This document shows, one piece after another, positions 10,183 through 20,360 of a DNA stretch of 57,416 bases. The stretch's first letter is position 1, and every line of letters begins with the position of its first letter. The stretch is from contig CAYGXU010000007.1 in assembly GCA_964353875.1 (NCBI GenBank), forward strand, positions 1-57,416, given 5' to 3'. The notes below the pieces were generated by a model, which was given only the letters and a program-made list of their open reading frames with translations, was not told the origin of the DNA and searched no databases. The translations under genes and the position numbers were made by a program. Source of the DNA: an uncultured Anaerolineaceae bacterium. Its GTDB lineage: Bacteria; Chloroflexota; Anaerolineae; Anaerolineales; E44-bin32.

Positions 10183-11075
10183 ATAGGAGCGGAGTTAATA
10201 TTTCCAATATCCTTGAAAATAACGCTCGAAATTTTAGAGCTAAATCGAATTATCATTCTGTGAGAAGCGAACTGGAGCGAATAATCCCAAAGATAGTCCC
10301 ATAAAACGCGATATCTCAGGGATCCTTCAGCGCTGCGTTCCCCAGGGTGACATATTATGGATAATATTGATACGTTGTGGTGGCTATTGACCGCCATGAA
10401 CGGTCTGAAAAGAATGGCCAATCGTTTTCCTTATGTAAACTTCGCATGGTCATGAGCACCCCTTCACTTCCCATAAAATGCTAACATTAAAATAAATCCA
10501 ATGAGATACCCTACTACGAGCGGGATGACTCGGACCATGTGGAAGGATATAGACAAATATTCATCGCTGACAGGAAATTCATTCCTGCCAGCACACAACC
10601 ATAAATGATCGAGCACAGAATAGAGTGATGAATCGTCCTTGGACATCTCAATTAAAGGTAAGATTCTACAACCGATATTATGGGGTGAAGCCATCATGGT
10701 CGGGTGGCACGTTGTCCATGCTCCTATGCGTGGCTGTTCCCTGTCTGGATTGGCGCCCAAAGATCGCTTGGCACCCTTTGTTCATAAGCCAGGCAGGCTT
10801 CACCACCGGGCGAATAGAGGTACAAAAAAAGCCTCATCTGGTTCGAGCGATGGCTGCCTGTCACGAAAGTCACTTCTAACGAAAGAAATGAAGCGAGTGA
10901 CGCCCATGAGAAAAAGCCTGAGAAAGATTGGAGCGCTCTGGATGCTCTCATCCGCCATAGAACGGATTGGCTGCCACAGACAACAACGATAAGGGTGGGA
11001 TATCCAGAAGCAAGATTGTATTTTGAGGGCATGCCAGATCAATCATGTTGTGGTAGGATGGGAACTTGATCACAG

Positions 11076-11105
11076 GGGTGCTTCAGACAGCACCCTTTCA
11101 TCTTT
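11076..11105 (+). terminator. Hairpin plus T-tract immediately upstream of the MFS gene (terminator or attenuator)
   Basis: GGGTGCT (11076-11082), loop TCAGAC, AGCACCC (11089-11095), then TTTCATCTTTTT. Confidence 0.45.
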
Positions 11106-11132
11106 TTGGGCGATTGGAGAAGAAGTTGTCAT

Positions 11133-12596
11133 ATGGATGACCTTGCCCAAGCACAAGCGGTGGAATATCGTCGCAAATGGCATGTAATGGCGACAGTCGG
11201 GACGGGGATCTTGATCGCGACTCTAGACGGCAGTATCGTCAATGTTGCCTTACCAACATTGGTACGTGAGTTTAATTCCAACTTTCCTACGGTTCAGTGG
11301 GTAGTGCTGGCATACCTACTCACCCTGGCGACGCTTATGCTAAGTGTGGGAAGGTTGGGCGATATGGTGGGGAAGAAAGGTCTCTATGGCACAGGATTTG
11401 CCATCTTTACCGTAGGCTCCGCCTGTTGTGGTTGGGCGCCGAGTATTTCGTGGTTGATCGCCTTCCGTGTCCTCCAGGCCATTGGAGCCACGATGATGAC
11501 CTCACTTGGAATGGCGATTGTCACAGAGGCATTTCCCCCCTCCCAAAGAGGAATGGCGCTGGGGATCAGTGGGTCGATAGTCTCGATTGGCACCATTTCA
11601 GGACCCGTATTAGGGGGAATTTTAATCGATGCACTTTCGTGGCATTGGATCTTCTTTGTTAACCTCCCTATCGGGATATTAGGGATATTCTTGGTTTCCC
11701 TCTTCGTGCCAAAACTTCAACCTCAGAAGGACCAGCGTTTCGATGGCCTTGGGGCGATACTCCTTTTCCTTAGTGTTCTCTCTTTTCTGCTGGCATTAAC
11801 GTTTGGCCAACAAATCGGCTTCTCGGAAATCCGGATTCTCTTGTTGTTCTGCGGATGGGTCCTATTCCTGTTTCTCTTTTTAATACAGGAACGCATCAAG
11901 GATCAACCCATGATTGACCTTCGTTTTTTTAAAAACCCTCGCTTCTCCATCGGGTTGATCTCAGGTTTCGGAGTATTTATCGCCCTCGCCGGGACTACTA
12001 TTTTGATGCCTTTCTACCTCGAAAATGTGCTTGGTTTTGAACCAAAATCGGTAGGATTGTTGATGGCAACGGTGCCAGGACTTCTAGGGATTTTTGCGCC
12101 TATTTCTGGTTTCTTATCTGACCGAGTCGGGTCTCGGCCGATCACGTTGCTGGGTTTGCTGGTTTTGCTTCTAGGCTACTCTGCTGTAAGTACACTCAAT
12201 AGCAAGACAAGTATTTTGGGGTATGTCCTACGCTTCTTGCCGATCGGGATTGGGATGGGGATCTTCCAATCTCCGAATAACAGTGCGATTATGGGCTCTA
12301 TGACATCCACAAGATTGGGAGTTGCCTCAGGGATGTTGGCCCTGACACGAACCCTTGGGCAGACGACAGGCATCGCCCTTTTGGGTGCCATTTGGGCAAG
12401 TCGTCTCCATTATTATCAACAGGTTGGACTTTCTGTTGATGCACAGCTTAATTCAAGAGTAGTGCAGGTCACGGCATTACGAGACACATTTATTTATGTC
12501 GTGATTCTTATTTTCATTACGCTATTGGTAGTATTAGTCGGCGCATTGCTCGAGCGTAATTCTATAAAATCACACCAAAATCCATCGTATACTTAG
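11133..12596 (+). CDS. MFS transporter, DHA2 (EmrB/QacA-like, 14-TMS) family
   Basis: The ORF opens at TTG 11106. I prefer ATG 11133 (MDDLAQ...). It has many TM segments, the LGRLGDMVGKKGLY motif-A-like loop, and a length typical of DHA2. Confidence 0.85.
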   Translation: MDDLAQAQAVEYRRKWHVMATVGTGILIATLDGSIVNVALPTLVREFNSNFPTVQWVVLAYLLTLATLMLSVGRLGDMVGKKGLYGTGFAIFTVGSACCGWAPSISWLIAFRVLQAIGATMMTSLGMAIVTEAFPPSQRGMALGISGSIVSIGTISGPVLGGILIDALSWHWIFFVNLPIGILGIFLVSLFVPKLQPQKDQRFDGLGAILLFLSVLSFLLALTFGQQIGFSEIRILLLFCGWVLFLFLFLIQERIKDQPMIDLRFFKNPRFSIGLISGFGVFIALAGTTILMPFYLENVLGFEPKSVGLLMATVPGLLGIFAPISGFLSDRVGSRPITLLGLLVLLLGYSAVSTLNSKTSILGYVLRFLPIGIGMGIFQSPNNSAIMGSMTSTRLGVASGMLALTRTLGQTTGIALLGAIWASRLHYYQQVGLSVDAQLNSRVVQVTALRDTFIYVVILIFITLLVVLVGALLERNSIKSHQNPSYT

Positions 12597-12675
12597 AAGG
12601 TAGATAAGGTGTTGGCTGCTCCTGATGGGATGAGGCGCAGCATAACAGGGATGGCGTGGTGACAGTAATGCTCCC

Positions 12676-13008
12676 TTGAAGGGGGATAAGGTGACCTCCA
12701 TTCGTGAATCAATCCGGCGACTAATTCGAGGTGATCGAGACTCTTACGGATCTGATCCTGTGGTAGTAGATCGATTCCATTGGACGAAGCAGGTGCAACA
12801 ATGGTCACCGGAAAGACGCAAAAGGGTCAGATCAGCGTTGGAGGAAGTAGTGAGAAGATCGGATTTTGTACCAGATCGAACAGAGAGAAATTATGGCCTG
12901 CAAGAATTAGATCAATCGAAGCACTCAGGTGCAAGTATATTGGCACTACGGGATGAGTTGGAAGCTTTTAAGACATATACAGCCACGGAGAAGAATAAGA
13001 ATGAATAA
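12676..13008 (+). CDS. Hypothetical basic protein
   Basis: 110-aa ORF from TTG 12676. A GTG at 12691 preceded by GGGGGA is a likelier start. I recognise no family. Confidence 0.4.
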   Translation: MKGDKVTSIRESIRRLIRGDRDSYGSDPVVVDRFHWTKQVQQWSPERRKRVRSALEEVVRRSDFVPDRTERNYGLQELDQSKHSGASILALRDELEAFKTYTATEKNKNE

Positions 13009-13180
13009 GGAACCGGATGTGAGGACATCGACAATCGCAGAGACAAGTAACTATCTTGCCTGGAAAGCCGAGGAGGCAGATGAAGAGACAACTTACCATC
13101 TGGAATTAGGTTCAGTGACAGTGCATTTCTTTCTGGAGGAGTGGCAGGAATTTCTTGAGTTGACGAAGCAGCTTATTTAA
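13001..13180 (+). CDS. Hypothetical small acidic protein
   Basis: ATG at 13001 overlaps the upstream stop (13006-13008) by 8 nt. 59 aa, MNKEPDV...EEWQEFLELTKQLI. I recognise no family. Confidence 0.35.
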   Translation: MNKEPDVRTSTIAETSNYLAWKAEEADEETTYHLELGSVTVHFFLEEWQEFLELTKQLI

Positions 13181-13386
13181 GTTTCTTTTATCTTTCAGGG
13201 CTCAATTTACTTACATTCAGTACCCTTAGCCTATTGGGTCGCTTCTTCTCGCTAATCGAAAGAACCTGCAGCTGCTCGTACTTTTGAACGAACGCAATCA
13301 TTTTTTCGGTCGCTTTCAGGTTTGTATCTGAAGAGCCCTGGTGCTATCATCAGCATTTGTATCACGATATTATGGACGGGGTCATC

Positions 13387-13893
13387 ATGGCGACGAGGCG
13401 AGAGTTGCTCACTTGGGAAGAAGTAAGTAAATTAGTTGATCATCTGATCCCTCAATTTGACGTGGAGTTTGACGCCATGGTGATCATCACTCACGGTGGA
13501 ATCGTCCCGGGCGGATTGCTTTGTGAGGCACTTGACGTCCAGGTGGTTCTTACTGCAGCGGTTGATTTTCCATTTGAAGCAGAACTTAATGCTGCCAAAC
13601 TATTAGCATGGCCTGAATTCATACAATTTCCCGAGTCGGAATTACTGAAGGGGAAGCGTGTGCTGGTGGTTGATGATGTTTGGGGGTCGGGGCGTACCAT
13701 CACTGCGGTGAAGAATAGAATCTCAGCTGCGGGAGGAAGGCCGTACACATGCGTGCTGCATTTCAATCCCTACCGCAGTTTATTTTCCCAAGCGAGGCCA
13801 GATTTCTATGCGGCCATTACGGATGCCTATATCCTCTATCCTTGGGAAATAGAACGCGGCTCAGATAAGGTATTATTAGATACGCCAGAATAA
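13387..13893 (+). CDS. Phosphoribosyltransferase (xanthine-guanine PRT-like)
   Basis: VLVVDDVWGSGRT is a PRPP-binding motif. The layout resembles Gpt (LTWEEV..., THGGIVPGGLL, YPWE). The ORF opens at 13357 and the start is uncertain (13372 or 13387). Confidence 0.8.
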   Translation: MATRRELLTWEEVSKLVDHLIPQFDVEFDAMVIITHGGIVPGGLLCEALDVQVVLTAAVDFPFEAELNAAKLLAWPEFIQFPESELLKGKRVLVVDDVWGSGRTITAVKNRISAAGGRPYTCVLHFNPYRSLFSQARPDFYAAITDAYILYPWEIERGSDKVLLDTPE

Positions 13894-14478
13894 GAGGAAA
13901 TATCTATTGATGGATAGGTTTTTCGTCGTATTCGTAGGCTAATGCTAAAGAGGGAATTTCTCCCTACCTGTCAAACCTTTATCATCCTTGTACCAATTCC
14001 TTTGCGTAGTGGCATCCTGGATCCATAAAAATACTCCTACTTATCATCCAAACAGAGCAATGGACGATATAGGAAGTCCATAGGGGAATGATAAAAGACC
14101 AAGCTCAGGGGTTTCTTCAGTGCTCCTTGCTATTATGGGAAGAGCGCTCTTTGGGAATGAAAAGCCCTTAGTAGGTAAGCGCGCATGGAGGTAAGATTCC
14201 GATGGGTTATCCTATGATGACATTTTCTATTAGAGCGTGATTTTAATATTGTTGTATAGAGGCGAATGCTACGTCACCATTCTTATGCTCGGGTTCATTC
14301 AACCCATCCGGTGCAAGGTTTCATGCGCCCGATAAAGAAGAATCATTGTTTTAGCGAATTAGTGAACGGTCAAAGGCGAAGTACTTCCGCTGATCTTCAT
14401 TCAGCAATGGAAATCATGATAGAACACTCATAATGCTATTGTGTATTCAAATTTATGTTTGAAGATGGAAGCGATTAA

Positions 14479-14507
14479 TTGACAACCACTCTAGACCTAT
14501 GTATAAT
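14479..14507 (+). promoter_or_regulatory. Consensus sigma70-type promoter
   Basis: TTGACA (14479-14484), a 17-nt spacer, then TATAAT (14502-14507). Confidence 0.55.
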
Positions 14508-14513
14508 CAAAAT

Positions 14514-14650
14514 CGTCTGAAGACGTATTGATATTTGGCGAAAATAGAGAAGGAGCAGGCCAGCAGGTAAAGCAGAAGTATTCAAGCATAGGCGTCGGTA
14601 CGTAAACTAGGGCCTGGTCGTTAAACGATCATAAAGATCAGGCCTTTTTA
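14514..14650 (+). ncRNA. Candidate ~135-nt small RNA or terminated rpsA leader
   Basis: Bounded by the consensus promoter and an intrinsic terminator. No ORF of 60 aa or more occurs in any frame across 13894-14678. Confidence 0.3.
14611..14650 (+). terminator. Intrinsic terminator 29 nt before the rpsA start
   Basis: 9-bp stem GGCCTGGTC (14611-14619) / GATCAGGCC (14636-14644) with one G-U pair, then TTTTTATTT. Confidence 0.6.
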
Positions 14651-14678
14651 TTTCCTCTCAGCATGGATGTGATGGAAG

Positions 14679-15755
14679 ATGAGAATGGGTGACGCCGAGA
14701 ACTTAGAGCTCTTCATTTCGCAAGTCGATACGATTTGTGAGGTTCAACGGGGTGGCTTGCTTTTTGGGCATGTAATCGCGGTCGATTCTTTGGGAGTAAT
14801 TGTTGATCTCGGTCTAAAACGAGATGGTGTGATACCGCGTTCCGACCTTGACCGGATGCCTCCAGATGAAGCTCAATTGGAAGTTGGGGATGAAGTCTCG
14901 GTCATGGTCATTGATCCGCTCGATGGTGATGGCAATCTGGTGGTATCACTCTCACAGGCAAGGGAAAGCAGGGATTGGTTGAAGGCGAAACGGTTGATGG
15001 ATAAAGACGAAATCATTGAGGCAGTTCCAACAAGTTTCAATCGGGGCGGACTCATCGTTCCATTTGGACGGCTTCGTGGTTTTATCCCTGCATCCCACAT
15101 CAGTGAGTTGCCACGCGGGTTGGAGGATGCCGACCGCGCGGATCATCTTCTACAATTGGTTGGGCAAAAGATCCCATTGAAAGTATTGGAAGTTGATCCG
15201 ATGCGCCACCGCCTGGTCCTGTCTGAGCGTAAAGCGATCCGTCAATGGCGATCTGAACAAAAAGCGAAGGTCATGAGAGAATTGAAAGAAGGAGATATCC
15301 GCAAGGGGACTGTCACGAGCTTGCAGGAATTTGGAGCTTTTGTGGACATCGGAGGCGCAGACGGCTTGATCCATATCTCGGAGCTTTCCTGGGAGCATGT
15401 GGATAATCCCGCAGATATTCTAGCGGTCAATCAAGAGATCGAGACTTTGGTCATTCGTTTAGATCAGGCAGTGAATCGAATCGGGCTGAGCTTAAAACGC
15501 TTACAGCCCAATCCGTGGGTTGAAGCCTCGGAGCATATCCAGCCCGGGATGGTTTTAGAGGGAAAAATTACACGACAAGCAAGCTCAGGCGTGTACGTTT
15601 CGGTTGAAGCGCGCATTGAAGGTATGGTGCGCATATCTCACAGTCAAAGTGTGCCTGAGGTGGGAATGATGGTTCAAGTGAAAGTGTTAACTTTTGATGC
15701 GGAAAATGAGCGTATGAACCTTGAGCTTGTTGCTGAAGGGGTCCTTGTTCTATAA
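14679..15755 (+). CDS. rpsA: 30S ribosomal protein S1 (four S1 domains)
   Basis: 358 aa with repeated S1/OB motifs (GHVIAVDSLGVIVDLG, GTVTSLQEFGAFVDIG, GLIHISELSW). Confidence 0.9.
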   Translation: MRMGDAENLELFISQVDTICEVQRGGLLFGHVIAVDSLGVIVDLGLKRDGVIPRSDLDRMPPDEAQLEVGDEVSVMVIDPLDGDGNLVVSLSQARESRDWLKAKRLMDKDEIIEAVPTSFNRGGLIVPFGRLRGFIPASHISELPRGLEDADRADHLLQLVGQKIPLKVLEVDPMRHRLVLSERKAIRQWRSEQKAKVMRELKEGDIRKGTVTSLQEFGAFVDIGGADGLIHISELSWEHVDNPADILAVNQEIETLVIRLDQAVNRIGLSLKRLQPNPWVEASEHIQPGMVLEGKITRQASSGVYVSVEARIEGMVRISHSQSVPEVGMMVQVKVLTFDAENERMNLELVAEGVLVL

Positions 15756-15817
15756 GACAGGATAAAGGGGATGGTTTCCATGGATATGAACCTAAGAGAG
15801 AACGGAGGTGAGAAAGT

Positions 15818-16024
15818 ATGGCGACGGTGATCCTGAGGCCGAATGAAAGCCAGGATCAATTGCTGAAACGTTTCCGGAAGAGAGTCGCAAAGAGTGGGAT
15901 TCTCAGTACGGTTCGTCGAAAGCGCTGGTTTGTCTCAAAAAGCGAGTTGCGAAGGATTCAGCGTAAGAAAGCAATCCGAAGACTGAAGAGACGACAAAGG
16001 AAGGTCGCCTCCAAGGTCGAATAA
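15818..16024 (+). CDS. rpsU: 30S ribosomal protein S21
   Basis: 68 aa, very basic. LKRFRKRVAKSGIL...RKRWFVSKSELRR is typical of S21. Confidence 0.93.
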   Translation: MATVILRPNESQDQLLKRFRKRVAKSGILSTVRRKRWFVSKSELRRIQRKKAIRRLKRRQRKVASKVE

Positions 16025-16081
16025 GTTTGTCGTTGCATTGTGGTGGGGTAAGCAATAGTGAAAACCCCATTGGAGATCTGT

Positions 16082-16330
16082 ATGTCGACGAAGGAAGAGA
16101 AGATAGAGGTTGAAGGCACGATTGTGGAAGCCTTGCCGGGCACTCAATTTCGTGTTGAGCTTGATAATGGCCATCGGGTTTTGGCCTACCTATCGGGGAA
16201 GATGCGGAAATATTACATCCGTATTCTGCTCGGGGATCGGGTGCGAGTAGAACTGTCGCCCTATGATCTGACCCGAGGCCGTATTACTTATCGTTTTAAG
16301 AAGCGCGGTCAGGGTGGAGCGGAGGAGTAA
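16082..16330 (+). CDS. infA: Translation initiation factor IF-1
   Basis: The core [46 protein letters not shown] is diagnostic. I prefer ATG 16082 over the ORF opening at 16058. Confidence 0.95.
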   Translation: MSTKEEKIEVEGTIVEALPGTQFRVELDNGHRVLAYLSGKMRKYYIRILLGDRVRVELSPYDLTRGRITYRFKKRGQGGAEE

Positions 16331-16360
16331 ACGGCTGCATCTTGATCTCTGGAAGAAATT

Positions 16361-16399
16361 AAACATCGCCCCCTCATGTCAGGGGCGATGTTTGTTTTA
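16361..16399 (+). terminator. Convergent (bidirectional) terminator between infA and prmA
   Basis: AAACATCGCCCC (16361-16372) / GGGGCGATGTTT (16382-16393), then GTTTTA. It overlaps the prmA stop codon. Confidence 0.6.
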
Positions 16400-17285
16400 C
16401 AATAATCGCACGCCAATCCAGGAGTGCTTTTATTTGGACAATTTCTAATCCCTGCTGCTCGCAAACGGAGACCAGATTATCAACCTGATGCTCGAGGATA
16501 CCCGAAAGCACTATCGATCCGTCCGGTCTGACCAGGTTCGCTAAGCCATTCGATAAAAGCTCTTCCAGTGTCTTGGCCAGGATATTGGCCAAAATCAGGT
16601 CAATCGGCGGCCACACTCCGCTCTGGTTCCCAAGCAGAAGTTCAATAGAACCTTGCAAGGGAAGGATTTTCTCTCCTATATTATTGCGGAGTGCATTTTC
16701 CTGTGTATTCTGAACCGCAATAGGATCGACATCTAGGGCAAGGACTTTGGCAGAACCAAGTCGTGCAGCCGCGATACTTAAAATCCCAGAGCCGCAACCC
16801 AAGTCGAGAACCACCTGCCCAGGCATTAATAGCTCTTCGAGGGCGAGCAGACACAATTGGGTTGTGGGATGTATGCCAGTTCCAAATGTCATCCCCGCAT
16901 CGATCAGAAGGGGTATCCGATCGGTCTCCGGAGGCGGAAACCAGGCGGGATAGATCAGAAGACGCTTGCCTATTGGGATAGGCCGGTAGTGCTTTTTCCA
17001 GGCTTTTTCCCAATCATCTTCTTCTAAGGTTTGATACTGCGGTTGTGGGAGAGGGGAGATTTGACTAAGGTGCCAAAGGCCTTGCTCAATCGCCAGCCTT
17101 CGATTTTCTAAAACGTCATTTATGGGCAGGTATGTGCGCACGATAACGTTGTCCGGAATGGTTGCATTTTCATTCTGATGTGGCATCTCGATGACGACGC
17201 CATTGGGTGTGTATCGATTAAGAAGATCGTAGACAGCTTCGGCAAGTTCACCCGGGAGAGTAAATGAGATCTCCAGCCATTTCAA
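16374..17285 (-). CDS. prmA: Ribosomal protein L11 methyltransferase
   Basis: 303 aa with the MKWLEISF start, the VLDLGCGSGILSIAAA SAM motif and the DIDP-like VLALDVDP. It follows dnaJ, a common arrangement. Confidence 0.9.
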   Translation of the reverse strand: MKWLEISFTLPGELAEAVYDLLNRYTPNGVVIEMPHQNENATIPDNVIVRTYLPINDVLENRRLAIEQGLWHLSQISPLPQPQYQTLEEDDWEKAWKKHYRPIPIGKRLLIYPAWFPPPETDRIPLLIDAGMTFGTGIHPTTQLCLLALEELLMPGQVVLDLGCGSGILSIAAARLGSAKVLALDVDPIAVQNTQENALRNNIGEKILPLQGSIELLLGNQSGVWPPIDLILANILAKTLEELLSNGLANLVRPDGSIVLSGILEHQVDNLVSVCEQQGLEIVQIKALLDWRAIIVKQTSPLT

Positions 17286-18409
17286 GGTGTCAGGCCTCCC
17301 AGGAGTTCTTTGAGGCGGTCGAAGAGGCTCATCTCCTGAGGCTGGGCTTCGGTTCCCATCGTTTCGGCTAATTTCTCAAAGAGTTCTCGCTGTTCAGACG
17401 TGAGGGAAGAAGGGATCTCGACGGAAAGCACCACGATTTGATCGCCCCGACCATTTCTTCGAAGGTGCGGCACACCCTTCCCGCGTAAGCGAATGGTCTT
17501 TCCCGACTGTGAGCCAGCTTGAATACGAATGGTTTCTTCGCCATCCACGGTGGGTACCTTGACCTCCGAGCCAAGGGTTGCTTGTGCGACGTTGATCGCC
17601 AGGTCGAGAAAGATGTCATCGTCTCGTCGATGGAAATAACGATGGGGCTTCACATGGATAAACAAATACAGATCGCCCTGGGGACCTTTATTGACGCCAG
17701 GTTCACCCTCCCCGGCTAATCGAATCTGAGTTCCCTCATCGACGCCTGCCGGGATGGGCACGGTTCGCCGGACCTTTTTTCGTTCTTTTCCGCGTCCCTG
17801 ACACTGGCGGCAGGGAGTTGATATGGTTTCACCTCGGCCGCCGCAATTAGGGCATGTGGTCACGTTAACCATCGAACCCAGGAAAGTTTGCCGCGCCTGG
17901 CGCACCTCTCCCGTCCCATTGCATGTATTACACCGTACAAGCGTGGTTCCCGGTTCCGCCCCAGAACCGTTACAGGCGGAGCAGATTTCCAGGCGCTCGA
18001 ACTCGATTTCCTTGTCTATGCCGAAAACAGCCTCTTCAAATCCCAATTGGATATCATATCGAAGGTCAGCGCCGCGTCGTGGGGTGCTTTGTCGCCTGCG
18101 ACGTGTCCCCATGCCAAAGCCAAAGAACTCTTCGAACAAGTCGCTGAAGGGGAAGTCGAAGTCAAAATCGATACGCATCCCTTCCAGCCCGGCATGCCCA
18201 TAACGGTCATAAGCTGCTCGACGTTCGGCGTCGGAAAGGACAGCATAGGCTTCATTGATCTCCTTGAATTTCGCTTCAGCCTCCGGTTCCTTGCTCACGT
18301 CCGGATGGTATTTCTTGGCAAGTTGGCGAAAGGCGCGTCGAATTTCATCAGCGTTTGCACTGCGATCAATCCCCAGGATCTCGTAATAGTCGCGTTTGTT
18401 GGCCATCAT
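17282..18409 (-). CDS. dnaJ: Molecular chaperone DnaJ
   Basis: J domain (DYYEILG...YHPD) and four CxxCxGxG zinc-finger repeats. Confidence 0.95.
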   Translation of the reverse strand: MMANKRDYYEILGIDRSANADEIRRAFRQLAKKYHPDVSKEPEAEAKFKEINEAYAVLSDAERRAAYDRYGHAGLEGMRIDFDFDFPFSDLFEEFFGFGMGTRRRRQSTPRRGADLRYDIQLGFEEAVFGIDKEIEFERLEICSACNGSGAEPGTTLVRCNTCNGTGEVRQARQTFLGSMVNVTTCPNCGGRGETISTPCRQCQGRGKERKKVRRTVPIPAGVDEGTQIRLAGEGEPGVNKGPQGDLYLFIHVKPHRYFHRRDDDIFLDLAINVAQATLGSEVKVPTVDGEETIRIQAGSQSGKTIRLRGKGVPHLRRNGRGDQIVVLSVEIPSSLTSEQRELFEKLAETMGTEAQPQEMSLFDRLKELLGGLTP

Positions 18410-18455
18410 AATATCGAATTCGACTCAATCTTTCTCACTGGTCGAAACGGTTGTC

Positions 18456-20348
18456 CTATGCCTCCTTAAATTGACCTTCAACGACGTCTTCATCCGAACC
18501 TTTCTTCGTGGAGTCGTCTTCAGAAGGCTTTGTGCCTGAGGCAGCTTGCTGATGAATGTAGGTGCCGGTATTTTGAACAGCCTCAAGGAGTGAGTTGACT
18601 TTCTCCTGAATGGATTGGACCTGCTCGCTCTCCAAGGTCTGGCGAATTGCCTGAATACGACGCTCCAGTTCTGAACGTTGATCCTCAGGGATCTTCTCCT
18701 TGTTTTCTCGGATCAGCTTCTCTGCAGAGTAAATCGCGTTATCTGCTGTGTTGCGTGCCTCTGCTAGTTCGCGTTTCTTTCGATCCTCCTCGGCGTAATT
18801 TTCGGCCTCATTCCGCATTTGCTTGACCTCCTCCTCGGACAATCCTGAAGAGGCGGTGATAGTGATGTTTTGACTGCGACCGGTGGCTTTGTCCAGTGCA
18901 CTCACTTGAAGGATGCCATCGGCGTCGATATCAAAAGTGACCTCAATCTGAGGCACGCCTCGTGGAGCAGGGGGAATACCATCCAGGTTGAACTTGCCGA
19001 GTGACTTGTTATCAGCAGCCATGGGACGTTCGCCCTGAACAATATTGATTTCCACCTCTCGTTGGTTGTCGGAAGCAGTTGAAAAAATCTGGCTTTTTCT
19101 TGTGGGGATGGTCGTATTGCGTTCAATCAATGCAGTTGCGACACCACCCAGTGTCTCGATCGAGAGGGTGAGCGGGGTGACATCGAGCAGAAGTACATCC
19201 TTGACTTCCCCGCCCAGGACGCCGGCTTGAATGGCTGCACCAACACCAACGACTTCATCGGGATTCACTCCCTTATGGGGTTCTTTTGCAAAGAGTGCGC
19301 GCACCGCTGCCTGAACCGCAGGCATGCGCGTCATACCACCGACAAGGATCACTTCGTTGATCTTATCCGGTTTCAATCCCGCGTCAGCCATCGCTTGTTT
19401 ACATGGGCCGATGGAACGTTGGATAAGATCTTCCGTGAGTTGCTCCAACTTTGAGCGTGTGAGGGTGATATTCAAGTGCTTTGGACCGGAGGCGTCAGCG
19501 GTGATAAATGGTAAGTTGATTTCGGATTCCATCACACTTGAAAGCTCGACCTTGGCTTTCTCAGCGGCTTCTTTCAAGCGCTGGAGTCCCTGACGGTCGT
19601 TGCGGATATTGATCCCCTGTTGTTTCTGGAATTCATCCGCTACCCAGTCGATGATCCTCTGGTCAAAGTCGTCACCGCCAAGGAATGTGTCGCCATTGGT
19701 GGCTTTGACTTCGAAGACGCCATCACCGACGTCCAGGATGGAGATGTCGAATGTCCCGCCCCCAAGATCATACACCGCGATCGTCTCATCCTCTTTCCTG
19801 TCCAGACCATAAGCCAGTGAGGAAGCCGTTGGTTCATTGATGATACGCAGAACTTCCAGACCGGCGATCCGACCTGCGTCTTTTGTAGCGTTGCGTTGAG
19901 AATCATTGAAGTATGCGGGGACAGTGATCACAGCTTGTATCACAGACTCGCCCAGGTACGCCTCCGCATCGGCTCTGAGCTTGCTCAGGATCATGGCGGA
20001 GATCTCCGGTGGAGAATATTCCTTTTCTCCCATGTAAACCCGGATATCCCCATTAGGCGCTTCCGTTACTTTATAAGGCACAAATTGTAGAGCGCGTTGT
20101 ACCTCAGGGTCACTGAATTTCCTGCCCATGAAACGCTTGATTGAAAAAATGGTATTTTCCGGGTTGACGATCGCCTGCCGGCGTGCGATTTGCCCAACCA
20201 GGCGTTCACCCGTTTTCGGATTGATGGCAACAACGGAAGGGAACAATCGACCTCCTTCGGAGGAGGGGATAACCGTAGGCTCGCCGCCTTCCATAACTGC
20301 AGCAACTGAATTTGTGGTTCCAAGGTCAATGCCAATAATCTTACCCAT
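18456..20348 (-). CDS. dnaK: Molecular chaperone DnaK (Hsp70)
   Basis: 630 aa with [17 protein letters not shown] and the other Hsp70 signatures. Confidence 0.98.
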   Translation of the reverse strand: MGKIIGIDLGTTNSVAAVMEGGEPTVIPSSEGGRLFPSVVAINPKTGERLVGQIARRQAIVNPENTIFSIKRFMGRKFSDPEVQRALQFVPYKVTEAPNGDIRVYMGEKEYSPPEISAMILSKLRADAEAYLGESVIQAVITVPAYFNDSQRNATKDAGRIAGLEVLRIINEPTASSLAYGLDRKEDETIAVYDLGGGTFDISILDVGDGVFEVKATNGDTFLGGDDFDQRIIDWVADEFQKQQGINIRNDRQGLQRLKEAAEKAKVELSSVMESEINLPFITADASGPKHLNITLTRSKLEQLTEDLIQRSIGPCKQAMADAGLKPDKINEVILVGGMTRMPAVQAAVRALFAKEPHKGVNPDEVVGVGAAIQAGVLGGEVKDVLLLDVTPLTLSIETLGGVATALIERNTTIPTRKSQIFSTASDNQREVEINIVQGERPMAADNKSLGKFNLDGIPPAPRGVPQIEVTFDIDADGILQVSALDKATGRSQNITITASSGLSEEEVKQMRNEAENYAEEDRKKRELAEARNTADNAIYSAEKLIRENKEKIPEDQRSELERRIQAIRQTLESEQVQSIQEKVNSLLEAVQNTGTYIHQQAASGTKPSEDDSTKKGSDEDVVEGQFKEA

Positions 20349-20360
20349 GTCTCTTATCTC

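Noticed and set aside
14137-14150. The 12-nt palindrome AAGAGCGCTCTT and a T-arm-like GGGTTCATTCAACCC (about 14292-14306) in the ORF-free spacer, as an operator or tRNA remnant.
   Set aside because: Both are short enough to occur by chance. The second has a 5-nt loop and no other tRNA arms.
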